This document shows, piece by piece, positions 1 through 10,650 of a DNA stretch of 31,269 nucleotides. The notes under the pieces were generated by a model, which ran no database searches, was not told the origin of the DNA, and worked only from the letters and a program-made list of their open reading frames with translations. Source of the DNA: Octopus sinensis (lineage: Eukaryota); assembly GCF_006345805.1 (NCBI RefSeq), contig NW_021832651.1, forward strand, positions 1-31,269. The letters run 5' to 3'. Position numbers and translations under genes: made by a program. Position 1 is the first letter of the stretch, and each line of letters opens with the position of its first letter.

Positions 1-681
1 GGCTTATGTCGAACGACTGTTGTCACGTGTGGGACGTGTCGGTTTATCAACCGAGTCTATCGTTAATATCGTCACGCCTCCTTCCTTCAAACGGGAAGGA
101 AGAGCTATTTTTATCATACTTGTGGCTATGGCGAAAGAATGTATCTGGTGGACGCGCCCGAAAGGATTGGAGACAAACACTTTCCTCTCTGGTCAATCTC
201 TCATCAACTTCAAGTATCACATGAAGAGAAAGTGAGAGTAGAGAGGCAAATTTTGTCTAGCGAATGTTTTAAAAAAAGATGGGTGAATGTAGCAAGGATG
301 GTACGTATGAATGACGAAGCCACCTTGACTATGATTCTATGAACCGTAAAAATTAATACAGAGAGTTGCTTATTTGCAAAAAAAATAAAAGAAAGAAATA
401 TAACATGTGACTTCATTGACCGAGGTTACCGTGGTCTTTTCCGTAGGCTTTTCTTTACACTTCATATTGACATTTCTGTGATTACGATCCCTATTGATCA
501 ACTTTTTTTCCTCTCCCCTTTCCTTTTATTTTTTTCCCTCTCCCCCCTTTTTTTGTCCTCTTTCTTTCCTTTTACGATCCCTTTTGATCGAAACCCAACC
601 CCCTTTTTTTACACCCAAAAGAAAAGCTCTACCTTGTAATTTGTTCTGTCTGTGTGCAGCCCTGTGTGGCTAATAAAGAAA
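1..681 (+). mobile_element. Tx1/L1-clade non-LTR retrotransposon, 3' end (ORF2 C-terminus plus 3' UTR); copy T1
   Basis: ORFs 20..235 and 139..342 join by one frameshift into SRVGRVGLSTESIVNIVTPPSF...AKECIWWTRPKGLETNTFLSGQSLINF...KRKVRVERQILSSECFKKRWVNVARMVR, homologous to the segment after the zinc knuckle in relics T2/T3. Stop at 342, pyrimidine-rich 3' UTR, AATAAA at 672-677, then (ATCT)n. Confidence 0.8.
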
Positions 682-683
682 CA

Positions 684-901
684 TATCTATCTATCTATCT
701 ATGTCCATCTATCTCTATCTATCCATCTATCTATCTATCTATGTATCTATTTATCTATCTATCTATCAATCAATCTATCTATCTATCTATGTCTATATAT
801 CTCTATCTATCTATCTATCTATCTATCATTGTCTATCTATGACTATCTATCTCTATCTTTCCATCTTTCTATCTATCTATCTATCTATCTATCTTTATAT
901 T

Positions 902-943
<42 letters not shown>

Positions 944-1030
944 AAACTATCATGTGTCTGTCTAGCTATCTCTCTATCAATCATTGTCTGTATCTTTATC
1001 TTTCTATCTCTCTATCTATTACGTCTCTCC
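684..1030. repeat. Degenerate (ATCT)n microsatellite
   Basis: Directly visible; source of the spurious IYLS-repeat ORFs 652..1371 and 701..1159. Confidence 0.97.
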
Positions 1031-1035
1031 ATATA

Positions 1036-1044
1036 TCGATATAC

Positions 1045-1075
<31 letters not shown>

Positions 1076-1150
1076 TACATTCATTTACATTTACTTATTT
1101 TCACACACACAAACACACACGCAGACACACACTTTCACACACACATATAC
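1036..1150. repeat. (AT)n then (CA)n compound microsatellite
   Basis: Directly visible. Confidence 0.9.
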
Positions 1151-1569
1151 ATAATATAAAGGGAGAGGAAAATCAAATCATGGAACGCAACTTACAAGCA
1201 TTGTACTACAATCCAGGCTCTGCTAAACCACATCGAATGGTCCGGCAAAACGGGAAAATCTTTATGGTAAACAATCATTGTCTTTCACTTAGTTCCAAAA
1301 TTCCGAGTTCACTATTTCGGGTTTTATCCTGTGTAAAATACATTAAAATAAGAATTAAATGTTACACATGAAGTAACTTACTTTTTAGCATATTTTATAT
1401 ACAATGCAATTTAGTTATTTTAAACCTGTGAACGACACGCCTTTCTGCTGCATGTATATCATAAGCATTAGCATCAGGTTACATCCTGCTGGTTGAAAAC
1501 TGTACCACCAGTATGCAGTAATTATAACTTTAGACTCAGATACTGATACCGGTGGAATGTAAAATATTA

Positions 1570-1912
1570 ATATTGTCATTTAATATTATCATTAATATTC
1601 ACTTCAGTTTTATATTAAAGAAACTTATAGGCATGGTTATGTATCTCATTGCATCACACACAAACACACACAGACACACACACACACGCACACAGACACA
1701 CACACAGATACTGGAAGACAATTAGTTTTTTTTTCCAATTTCCTTTTTTATCTTTCACTTTTTGCAGAAGGCATCAAGAATACTGGAGACTTTCTCAGAT
1801 ACAAATACGTTAAACAGTTTAGTGGCCCCTGCATGTTTTCCTCTCCCTCTTCCCCTCACTCCTATGAAAATAGGACATCAAACTATTGAATGTTTGGGTA
1901 CAGATGAGCTCT
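1570..1912 (+). repeat. Unclassified short repeat module M1 (also ~11735-12085, ~22520-22862)
   Basis: Core GGTTATGTATCTCATTGCATCACACA at 1635-1660, 11811-11836 and 22597-22622 (each with small variants), followed by (CA)n. Strand is only the orientation shared by all copies. Confidence 0.7.
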
Positions 1913-1925
1913 CTCTCTCTCTTTT

Positions 1926-2330
1926 TTACTCTTTTACTTGTTTCAGTGATTTTAATGTGGGCGTGCTGGAGCACCGCCTTTTGTCGAGTAAATCGACCCA
2001 AGGACTTATTCTTTGTAAGCCTAGTACTTCTTCTATCGGTCTCTTTTGCCGAACCGCTAACTTACAGGGACATAAACACACCAGCATCGGTTGTCAAGCG
2101 ATGTTGGGGGGGGGGGACAAACACTGACACACAAACACACACATAGAAATATATATATGCATATATACAACGGGCTTCTTTCAGTTTCCGTCTACTAAAT
2201 CCACTCACAAGTCTTTAGTCGGCCGAGGCTATAGTAGAAGACGCTCGCCCAGAGTGCCACGCAGTGGGACTGAACCCGGAACAATGTGGTTGGTAAGCAA
2301 GCTACTTACCACACAGCCACTCCCGCGCCT
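1926..2330 (-). mobile_element. tRNA-derived SINE, family B (Octopus-type), full length
   Basis: Minus-strand head with A-box-like GGCTGTGTGGTAAG (2305-2318) and B-box-like GGGTTCAGTCCCAC (2264-2277), internal (TA)/(TG) tract, tail of GTAAAAGA repeats. Matches a SINE I recall from Octopus (not searched). Confidence 0.88.
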
Positions 2331-2339
2331 ATAGAAGTT

Positions 2340-2460
2340 TGGAATATAATTGTGTCCATTATTATAATCGTTATATATCTCAGTGCATAACACACACACA
2401 GGCACAAACACACACACACACACACACACGCACACACAGACCAGGACATATACAATTGAA
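2340..2460 (+). repeat. Module M0 (also ~23280-23420)
   Basis: CGTTATATATCTCAGTGCATAACACA at 2369-2394 is 22/26 identical to the M1 core and is followed by (CA)n. Confidence 0.55.
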
Positions 2461-3454
2461 GACCCTTCACACCACAAAATCCTCGCCTGTCATCCTTCTT
2501 TCGTATAAAATATTGCTACTTTGATAACGAAAATTCTTTTCCCATAACTTTAAAGCTGCTAAAACCTTTAATTCCTCTTCAGAATTGTTATAATTTCTCT
2601 ATCATATACTTTATTTCACAAAAGTAATTTTCTGAAACGAACTATTGTTAAATGAATTTGTATCGTTTGCTTCCATGTCAATCATTATATATACCATTTA
2701 AATTATTATCGTTATTGATAACTTGATTTTCTGAAGTGACACTAACGTTAAATGAATCTATCGTCTGCTCAGAGGAAATATTTGGCTGCTATTTCTAGCA
2801 CATCCAGCTTAAGCTTCAGAGATTCTTCAGGAAGAGAATGGTGGATGACAATGTGAACACTGGAGGGTCTAACAATGAATTTAGAAATGTACTTCATTTT
2901 AATGTTGGCTTTTGACATTGTATTTGGGAAGAGATCGATGATCAATAGTTATCGAGCAAAAGTGAGATGATTCTAAAACATGAAAAATCTATCGTCTGAT
3001 CGTATAACAATATTTTAATCATTTCCGGTTAATGTCGCTTTTAAACGATTTTATGTTCCATAGCTACTAAATTTCTTTGACGTATGTATATATATATATA
3101 TATCCCTCTCTATAACACGCACGATCAAACACACAGACACAAATTTCACACCTTACTACTAAGTGTATTTCACGTTTGTCTACCTCACACACACAATAAC
3201 ACATACAGACACAAATGCAGTTATATACACACTCATACACATACACAATCACTCGCAATCATTAACACAAGCACACACCCGCACATCATCATACGTACAG
3301 CATACATATTGTCCCCTACCTATTTTTACTACTCCCTCCTTCTACCCATTTCTGAAGTCATTGCTTATAACGGATTATTTAAAAAAAACACTCATTGTCA
3401 CTGTGGTCACCATGTAGGCAATCATCAAAAATTTTGTTCGTCTTGTGGCTGAAA

Positions 3455-3539
3455 GAGGCTCTTAATCTTTCCTGATGAGAAGATGGCATAATGCACCATT
3501 TATTCCGTCTTCGAAACATGTGTCGAGAGTAAAAACCTC
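3455..3539 (+). ncRNA. Type I hammerhead ribozyme, copy A
   Basis: CTGATGA 3472-3478; stem II GAAGATGG 3479-3486 / CCGTCTTC 3505-3512; GAAA 3513-3516; short stem III AC-ATGT-GT; GTC triplet 3522-3524; stem I CTTTC 3467-3471 / GAGAG 3525-3529, extended by GAGG 3455-3458 / CCTC 3536-3539. Confidence 0.88.
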
Positions 3540-3705
3540 GTTCGACTCCATTCTTTCATTTATTCATATAAATAACACAAATTTGCACACAAGAACCCGG
3601 AGTTTCTACCCTTGACAGGTCACTTCAACTGTGTTTTCCGACGTGAATTTGCTACCCAGCTATCGGTTAAACGAATTTTCCATGCTAGAATAATTCATTC
3701 ACCTA

Positions 3706-3741
<36 letters not shown>

Positions 3742-4049
3742 AATACATGAATATATACGTTTATATAATTCTGATAACTGTGTGTGCGTGTTTATATATA
3801 TATATATATACATATATATACACACACACACACACACACAGATATCACAATTTGTAAAATAGTACTTAGATTATTTCAAGTTAATTTCAGTTACGCGGAT
3901 GTAAACAGTCTCATGCAGTGACGCATATACACACACACACATACATACACACATGCAACACCAGACAGTGACATAATTTTCATTTCTCCATTTCTGCTGG
4001 AATGCTAATGTCGCGGAAGAAGGACGGTATACTGAGTAAGTGAAGGGAA

Positions 4050-4109
4050 TTAAAATGTATCAATCTCACCAAATCCTTAGTACATGGTTATGTAGCTAAT
4101 AGCATCACA

Positions 4110-4154
<45 letters not shown>

Positions 4155-4310
4155 CCCTCTTTTTCTTCTTTCTCCCTCCCCTCTCTCTCTCTTTCTATCA
4201 CTTTCTTTCCCTCTCTCATTTACACTCTTCCACTATCAACGCCCATCTTTGACTGCTGACGCAACTTTTCATATCGGATTCATATAATGAGAAATAAAGA
4301 CGCCAATCTA
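4050..4310 (+). repeat. Module M2 (also ~25050-25305)
   Basis: Core GGTTATGTAGCTAATAGCATCACACA at 4086-4111 (23/26 to M1), then (CA)n, a CT-rich tract and a distal block that aligns with M3. Confidence 0.65.
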
Positions 4311-4316
4311 TATTTA

Positions 4317-6693
4317 CACACACACAAACACACACACATATATATATATATATATATGCATAATTGTGTGCTACTTCAATGAAAAAATTTATGGTAAATA
4401 AACAAATGACGCAATATATATATGCGCACATATATATATATAGGATATATAAACATTCACTACCTCTTACGAACAGAGACTAACAGCACATTGGTAAGTT
4501 ACGATTTTCATTATATTATATCGGCCTTCTATTGGCCATTGTCCAGTCTCCTCAACGGCATTAAGGATGGGAAAAAAGGTTCTCCACCCTTAAGACTTCG
4601 TAAATTTGGGTCCCCAAATTACCTAAAATGTTTTTTTATGCTTTTATTTTTACTTCAGTAATTTTCAGTTAACCCATTAGCATTGGCACTGGCCACGTCG
4701 GGCCCAAATATTCTTCCTGTTTTCTGTTGAAACTGAACAGATCAGCCCTTTCACAACCACCATTTAAAGTTATTCTAAAAGTAAGCAATCACATAATCAA
4801 AATCTCAAAGATAGAAGATAACGTATGTTTAATTTTAAACGATGTGAATAAATAAGTAATTCATCTGAATGTTGAAGGAGTATCCCCTTCTAGCTGGTAC
4901 AATAATGAAACAGCAATTCCATCTCAAATTACGTGGGGTATTTTTAAGGACACTTTTCAGGTACGAGGGAGTGGTTAAGAATGTTAGTAGTACAAAAAAT
5001 CGGGTCGGTATTTTTCTTAGTATTTGACTTTTGTTAATTATTGTTTGAAGCCGAGAAGGGTCAAATGAGAGTAGAGACGGTGAAAAGCAAAAAATGAAGA
5101 AATTTGTGATGTGTGTTGGAGAGATTTAGGAGGCTGAGAGGAGGATGAAAAATCGATTGATCATAATACATGGAATAAATTTGGGATGCGTGTTATATAT
5201 ATTTATATTTCTAAGGTATCTATATATATATGCTGACTACTTAATGTTTTTAATACTGTGTATTAATGTAGGAGTTTTATGTATATATATTGTGCGTATA
5301 TGTGTGTGTGTTTGCATGTATGTATGTAAGAGCTTGTATGTATATATTATGTATTTGTAATGCAATTTTGGATATTTCATATGTATTGCATATGCTCATA
5401 TATATATATATATATCTGATATATATATATATATATATATAGATATATATATATTATATATATATTAATATATATATATATATATACATATATGTATACA
5501 TAGACACACACACACATATATATATAATATATATGCATAATTGTGTGCTACTTCAATGAAATATTTATGGTAAATAAACAAATGACGCAATATATATATA
5601 TGCGCACATATATATATATATAGATATATTAAACATTCACTACCTCTTACGAACAGAGACTAACAGCACTTTATTGGTAAGTTACGATTTTCATTATATT
5701 ATATCGGCCTTCTATTGGCCATTGTCCAGTCTCCTCAACGGCATTAAGGATGGGATAAAAAGGTTCTCCACCCTTAAGACTTCATAAATTTGGGTCCCCA
5801 AATTACCTAAAATGTTTTTTTATGCTTTTATTTTTACTTCAGTAATTTTCAGTTAACCCATTAGCATTGGCACTGGCCACGTCGGGCCCAAATATTCTTC
5901 CTGTTTTCTGTTGAAACTGAACAGATCAGCCCTTTCACAACCACCATTTAAAGTTATTCTAAAAGTAAGCAATCACATAATCAAAATCTCAAAGATAGAA
6001 GATAACGTATGTTTAATTTTAAACGATGTGAATAAATAAGTAATTCATCTGAATGTTGAAGGAGTATGCCCTGGTAGCTGGTACAATAATGAAACAGCAA
6101 TTCCATCTCAAATTACGTGGGGTATTTTTAAGGACACTTTTCAGGTACGAGGGAGTGGTTAAGAATGTTAGTAGTACAAAAAATCGGGTCGGTATTTTTC
6201 TTAGTATTGACTTTTGTTAATATTGTTTGAAGCCGAGAAGGGTCAAATGAGAGTAGAGACGGTTGAAAAGCAAAAATTTGAAGAAATTTGTGATGTGTGT
6301 TGGAGAGATTTAGGAGGCTGAGAGGAGGATGAAAAATCGATTGATCATAATACATGGAATAATTTGGGATGCGTGTTATATATATTTATAATTCTAGGTA
6401 TCTATATATATATGCTGACTACTTAATGTTTTTAATACTGTGTATTAATGTAGGAGTTTATATGTATATATATTGTGCGTATATGTGTGTGTGTTTGCAT
6501 GTATGTATGTAAGAGCTTGTATGTATATATTATGTATTTGTAAATGCAATTTTGGATATTTCATATGTATTGCATATGCTAATATATATATATATATATA
6601 TATCTGATATATATATATATATATATATAGATATATATATATTATATATATATTAATATATATATATATATATACATATATGTATACATAGAC
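4317..6693. repeat. ~1.19 kb direct tandem duplication private to unit A (4317-5503 and 5503-6693)
   Basis: GCATAATTGTGTGCTACTTCAATG...ATGTATACATAGAC occurs twice in A and once in C (~25310-26500); the junction lies in a (CA)n(TA)n tract. Confidence 0.9.
4669..4882. mobile_element. Probable piggyBac-type MITE relic (also 5853-6066, 25673-25886)
   Basis: Left end TTAA+CCCATTAGCATT; right end degenerate (CTGAATGTTGAAGGAG; C copy CTGAATGTTTAGGGAG). The interior resembles an Octopus MITE as I recall it; the right TIR and second TTAA are poor. Confidence 0.45.
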
Positions 6694-6779
6694 AACACAA
6701 CATATTTGCTATTTGGAATGTGTTCACTTGTCGATTGTCAGGTTGACACTGTTTTACATTAGAGCTTTATTATTTGGAA

Positions 6780-7520
6780 TTAGGGAAGTGCATGAATGTC
6801 GGGCAGTTTTTATGCTTACGATAAAAAATAACGTCAGAGAATTTAACAGTGAGGAGTTGTGGAGGCGAAGAATAGTTAATGACCCTTTTATACATAACAT
6901 ACATTTACCTATATTTGTGTTGTAGAGGGGAGCTTCACATACTATGAACCACGATAGAGCGTGTTGGACATTGTTTTGAATTGAGGTTGTATATGTGTGT
7001 TGCTAAAGATTGAAATAGTTTAGATTCGGGATTAGTGAAAGAATACATATGAGCACGACAACGACATTGAAAATCCTCAGTGCCATTAATATACACCCTT
7101 GCCTGGTGGGGTGCATGGGGTAATCACGTGGCACTTATAGATTACGCTTTTGGGGAGACAGGTGTCTGCATACATATATTTCAGAAGCGCGACAGTTGCA
7201 AGTGGTTGGGGTTTACTATTAGTAATGTTGATGTTGGTTTGTTTGTTGTTAGTGGGGAGAATCTAAATTGGGATTATATAGTATCGGATTGATTGAGAGG
7301 TTGTAATGGAACTAATATTTGTCGTCTCGCAGACAGGGTTGTAGAATGTGGCTTGCTTAAGATTAGTATTATACAATTGAGGTGGCTTATTAATGTTTGT
7401 ATTATTGTATTGTGAAGTTTAGCTGGGGATTTGGGGGAAATTTTGGTTTTATCCACCACTAAAGCCTACCGGTGTTTTATAAAGACTTATGGAACCACGT
7501 GACCGCTGCTAGCTTTGTTG
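6780..7520 (-). mobile_element. Penelope-like element relic: linker plus GIY-YIG endonuclease, copy A
   Basis: Frameshift-corrected minus-strand translation: TWFHK...TCNCRASE...DTCLPKSVIYKCHVITPC..VYINGTEDFQCRCRAHMYSF...SLATHIYNL...YNTNIGKCMLCIK..TILRL..LLNS. This fits the PLE pattern CNC-x-CL-x-VIY...YIG-TE-F-R-H...C-x2-C...LN. SVIYK is at 7134-7148. No RT domain remains. Confidence 0.8.
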
Positions 7521-7639
7521 TTGTTGATGTGTATGTATTTTCAAAATGTTTTAATTCTTCAACTTTGAGATGTATTGTTGATTTTTAAAAATTTTATCTT
7601 ACTATAATCAGCAACAAACACCTTCCGTCAATATTAAAT

Positions 7640-7917
7640 TCTTTATTGGATAAAAAAACATTATCAAAACTTGAAGTTAAAACAAAAACAAATGTGATTT
7701 GTTTTCTTCCAGGCACAAATGCCCCTGTAGCAATAGTCTTTCATCGACCGACCCTTCCTCCAAAAAAATCAGGTGGAATCATTCGATCTCCATACACAAA
7801 TTATTTTTCCTCCTGGAACTATAAAAAAAGTTACACACATTAGGCGCACCTTTCTCTAAGCGGCCACATAAATTTCCCAGGTAGAAAATAGCGGCTTATA
7901 CACCGGAAAATACGGTA
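7640..7917. mobile_element. One-ended Tc1/mariner-pogo-type DNA transposon relic (also ~27440-27713)
   Basis: 7891-7915 reverse-complements to CCGTATTTTCCGGTGTATAAGCCGC, a CCGTATTT-type TIR, flanked by TA at 7916-7917. No partner TIR found and the left limit is a guess. Confidence 0.45.
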
Positions 7918-8764
7918 TTTCTTTTTTTGTCATATTCATATCGACTTTCACTCCATAAACGTTACAGAAACACTTGACTGCGCATGCCTGAATGTCTACA
8001 TTAAAGCATTTTCTAAGCTAAATTCTCTGCCTGATCTACAGGCTCATTAGGCTCCCAGTATATCTCGGTATCGAACGTATTTCAACACCCAAGGATACAA
8101 CACACAGGATACCAGTCTGTCGCAATGTTAACCCCTGGTTAATGCTGGTACTTTTCAGATGAGAGCACTGGAAGTGTCTTCTCGTGACCACAATTACCGA
8201 AACAATAATCCATACGCCTATCTCTATGTGTGTGTGTGCGCGCTTATGTACATATCCGTGCGTATGTGGGTGTATTTTGTATGCATGTACACACACACAC
8301 ATAATCTTTTATTCTTTTAATCTTTTGCTTATTTAAGGTGAATTTCAAAGTCGTTATGCCAATCACATAATCCCCTTCCGACATAGGACAAAAGTAAACT
8401 ACGAAACTGGCTAAGTTTGGAAGAAAACGAAACACTACATGTGACTGGATGGGAAGTAATTGAGAATCCATAACTTATGTGAATGGATCGAATAAATATA
8501 AACATTATTTAGCTGAAAGAGTGCATATCCTGTTCAGATCTAAGATGCTTAATTCTCTATTGGTTCTAGGTCGGGAATTTTCAGTCGTTGTCAAGTATAA
8601 ATATATTTTGAAGATCTGGAAAATTCCGTCTATTCTTGATTAGATTTTTGATATTTTATTAGCCTTATAATTCAAGGTCTAACAAGGAGAACACTTAAAT
8701 GCTGTTTTACTTTTCCCTTTTCCCCATTTTCGTTTTTGTGCTTTCGCTTTCCGATTTCCGGAAC

Positions 8765-10127
8765 ACTGGGCATGCTGTGAAAGACATGAACTGGGGCTGC
8801 GGCATCTCCAAACATTCTGCCTAAATGGTGAACAGGTGTGGTCATCGTTTGTCAAACAGGCTTTTCCACAACTCATCTCCTTGAGTAAGCTGCAGTCCTG
8901 GGTCAAGAGAGACCGAGGAAGAGTTACTGGCATCTGGAATGTTGCTAGGCACTCACTGTCCTCTACCAGGTGGGCAATGCGATCAGTGGAAAATCCACTC
9001 TGAAGTTCTATGGAGGGTTAGTGGAGGATAGTGCGATGAAGCACTTGGAGAGACGTTAGGCGTTGACAAAATGAACTAATCAGTCTGTTGAGAAGGACTT
9101 TCAAGACGGGGATGATGGATAACTTCTAGAAGTCCCTTGTTTTGCAGTGTTATCGGGGGGCACTGCCGGTTCGAGATAAACTCTAGAAGCACGGAAGTGC
9201 TGTCTGACCGACCTACCCGACGTGTGCGCAGAGCTATGAAATCATTCTGCACGCACTCGTCCAGTGTCCTTGCATTACTGACATGTGGAGTTACGTTGAA
9301 CAGCTGTTATCACGTGTTGGGTGGTTCTATCTATCGGCCGAGTCCGTAGTGAAGATCGCTCAGCCGCATTCCATTAGTCCGGAAGGTCAGGCAATTTACT
9401 TATGTCTAATAGCAGTAGCGAAAGAGGCTGTATTGTGGATCAGGTTAAAAGGACTAAAGGCAGAGACTTTTCTCTACGGCCAATCACTCGTCAACTTTTT
9501 CAAATTTCCTTTGGAAAGGAAGATGAGGGTGCAGAGTGAAGTGTTGCCTCCCAGCACATTTGCCAAAAGGTGGATGAACAGAGAAAATGGTACGTGTGAG
9601 TGGACCTACTCTAATAACACGCATTTGGGCTAGTGAATTTTTAAAGGGAGGAGAGTGCTCTTCCCAGATGCTCTCGAAGCGTCGAGTGGTTCAGGATTGG
9701 GGTGGGGGTACCTGAGCCAACTCCAGGGGATTACCTGCACCTATTACGAACTTTCATTGTTATATTCTTTTGTCGGATATCATTGTTATTCTTTTAACTG
9801 TGTACTCGTTGTCTCTGTGTTAAATCCCCACTGTCCATGTCTACTGTGTCCTGTTTCTTTACTACCCACAAGGGGCTAAACACAGAGAGGACAAACAAGG
9901 ACAGACAAACGGATTAATTCGATTATATCGATCACAGTGCGTAACTGGTACTTCTTTAATCGACCCCGAAGGATGAAAGGCAAAGTCGAACTCGGCGGAA
10001 TTTGAACTCAGAAGGTAACGGCAGAAGAAATACCCGCTAAGCATTTCGCCCGACGTACTGAAGATTCTGCCAGCTCTCACCGCATTTTCTACTGTATCTT
10101 TCCCTATGCCGGCCTATTGGCAAATAA
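8765..10127 (+). mobile_element. Tx1/L1-clade retrotransposon, 5'-truncated 3' portion (T2), copy A, with SINE-A in its 3' UTR
   Basis: Reads LRHLQTFCLNGEQVWSSFVKQAFPQL...QCYRGALPVRDKL..HGSAV..(C)AQSYEIILHALVQCP (decayed CCHC knuckle), continuing into ORF 9283..9633. The 3' UTR resumes after the SINE and ends GCCTATTGGCAAATAA followed by (TAA)n. Confidence 0.82.
9851..10087 (-). mobile_element. tRNA-derived SINE, family A, copy A
   Basis: Minus-strand head with B-box GAGTTCAAATTCCGCC, central GCCTTTCATCCTTCGGGGTCGAT..AAGTACCAG block (resembles the Meta domain from memory, unverified), tail ...GCCCCTTGTGGGTAGTAAAGAAAC. Flanked by an 11-bp TSD, TCTACTGT(G/A)TC, at 9840-9850 and 10088-10098. 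Confidence 0.88.
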
Positions 10128-10258
10128 TAATAATAATAATATAATTATTATTATTATTATTATTATATTATTATTAGTATATTATCATTATCATTAATTA
10201 TTAATATATTATTATTTTCATTATTATTATTAATTATTATTATTATATTATTATTATA

Positions 10259-10292
<34 letters not shown>
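10124..10292. repeat. (TAA)n switching to (TTA)n; empty allele of the insertion site
   Basis: TAA to ~10145, then degenerate TTA to ~10292. Confidence 0.93.
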
Positions 10293-10293
<1 letters not shown>

Positions 10294-10610
10294 TGGAATT
10301 TTTTCAGGCTAAACTTTTCACTCACTTCTCAGTAAAATTGTCATTTAATGCAATCGTTAATGTGATATTCCCTCCAGTTTCATATAAAGAAAAGATTAGG
10401 CAGGGTTGTGTATCTAATTGCATCACACACACAGACACAACACACACTCACAATTGTACACATCACTCTCCTCCTCTTCTTTCCCCTCTCTCTCTTCATC
10501 ACTCCCTCTCCCCCACCTCTCATTTTAACTCTTCCACTTCCACCGCCAATCGTCATAAACTGCTGATTGAAACTTTTGAAATCGAAATTATATAATTAGA
10601 AATACAGATG

Positions 10611-10612
<2 letters not shown>
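10293..10612 (+). repeat. Module M3 (also ~20905-21222, ~30620-30950)
   Basis: Core GGTTGTGTATCTAATTGCATCACACA at 10404-10429 (24/26 to M1); upstream block aligns with M1, downstream block with M2. Confidence 0.7.

Positions 10613-10650
<38 letters not shown>

Noticed and set aside
652-1371. Longest ORF (239 aa), plus other YIYI, THTH, CVCV and LLLL ORFs across the window
   Set aside because: Translations of (ATCT)n, (TA)n, (CA)n and (TAA)n microsatellites; no domain content.
1750-1830. Splice-acceptor-like TTTCACTTTTTGCAG followed by a possible short exon (all three M1 copies)
   Set aside because: No donor site or reading frame conserved across the three copies, and no other exons.
2255-2330. 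tRNA-like sequences (also ~9990-10085)
   Set aside because: A and B boxes are present, but they are SINE heads continuing into SINE bodies, not tRNA genes.
2520-2590. Minus-strand CTGAAGA followed by GGAATT...AATTTT
   Set aside because: No GAAA after the putative stem II; not a hammerhead.
2622-2770. Diverged ~100-bp-period direct repeat (TTTTCTGAA...GTTAAATGAAT..ATCGT.TGC twice)
   Set aside because: Real but short and AT-rich, with no functional signal; probably an old local duplication.
6128-6355. 75-aa minus-strand ORF next to the PLE relic
   Set aside because: No recognisable motif, and the frame is not reported as an ORF in the sister copies.
8125-8190. Weak similarity to the SINE AAGTACCAG...GGGGT block on the minus strand
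   Set aside because: Too short and degenerate to call; possibly an old SINE relic.
10555-10605. CTGATTGA...CGAAA spacing in M3 (and CTGACG in M2) resembling a decayed hammerhead
   Set aside because: The core has an extra or changed base, and I could not form stems I and II or an aligned cleavage triplet.
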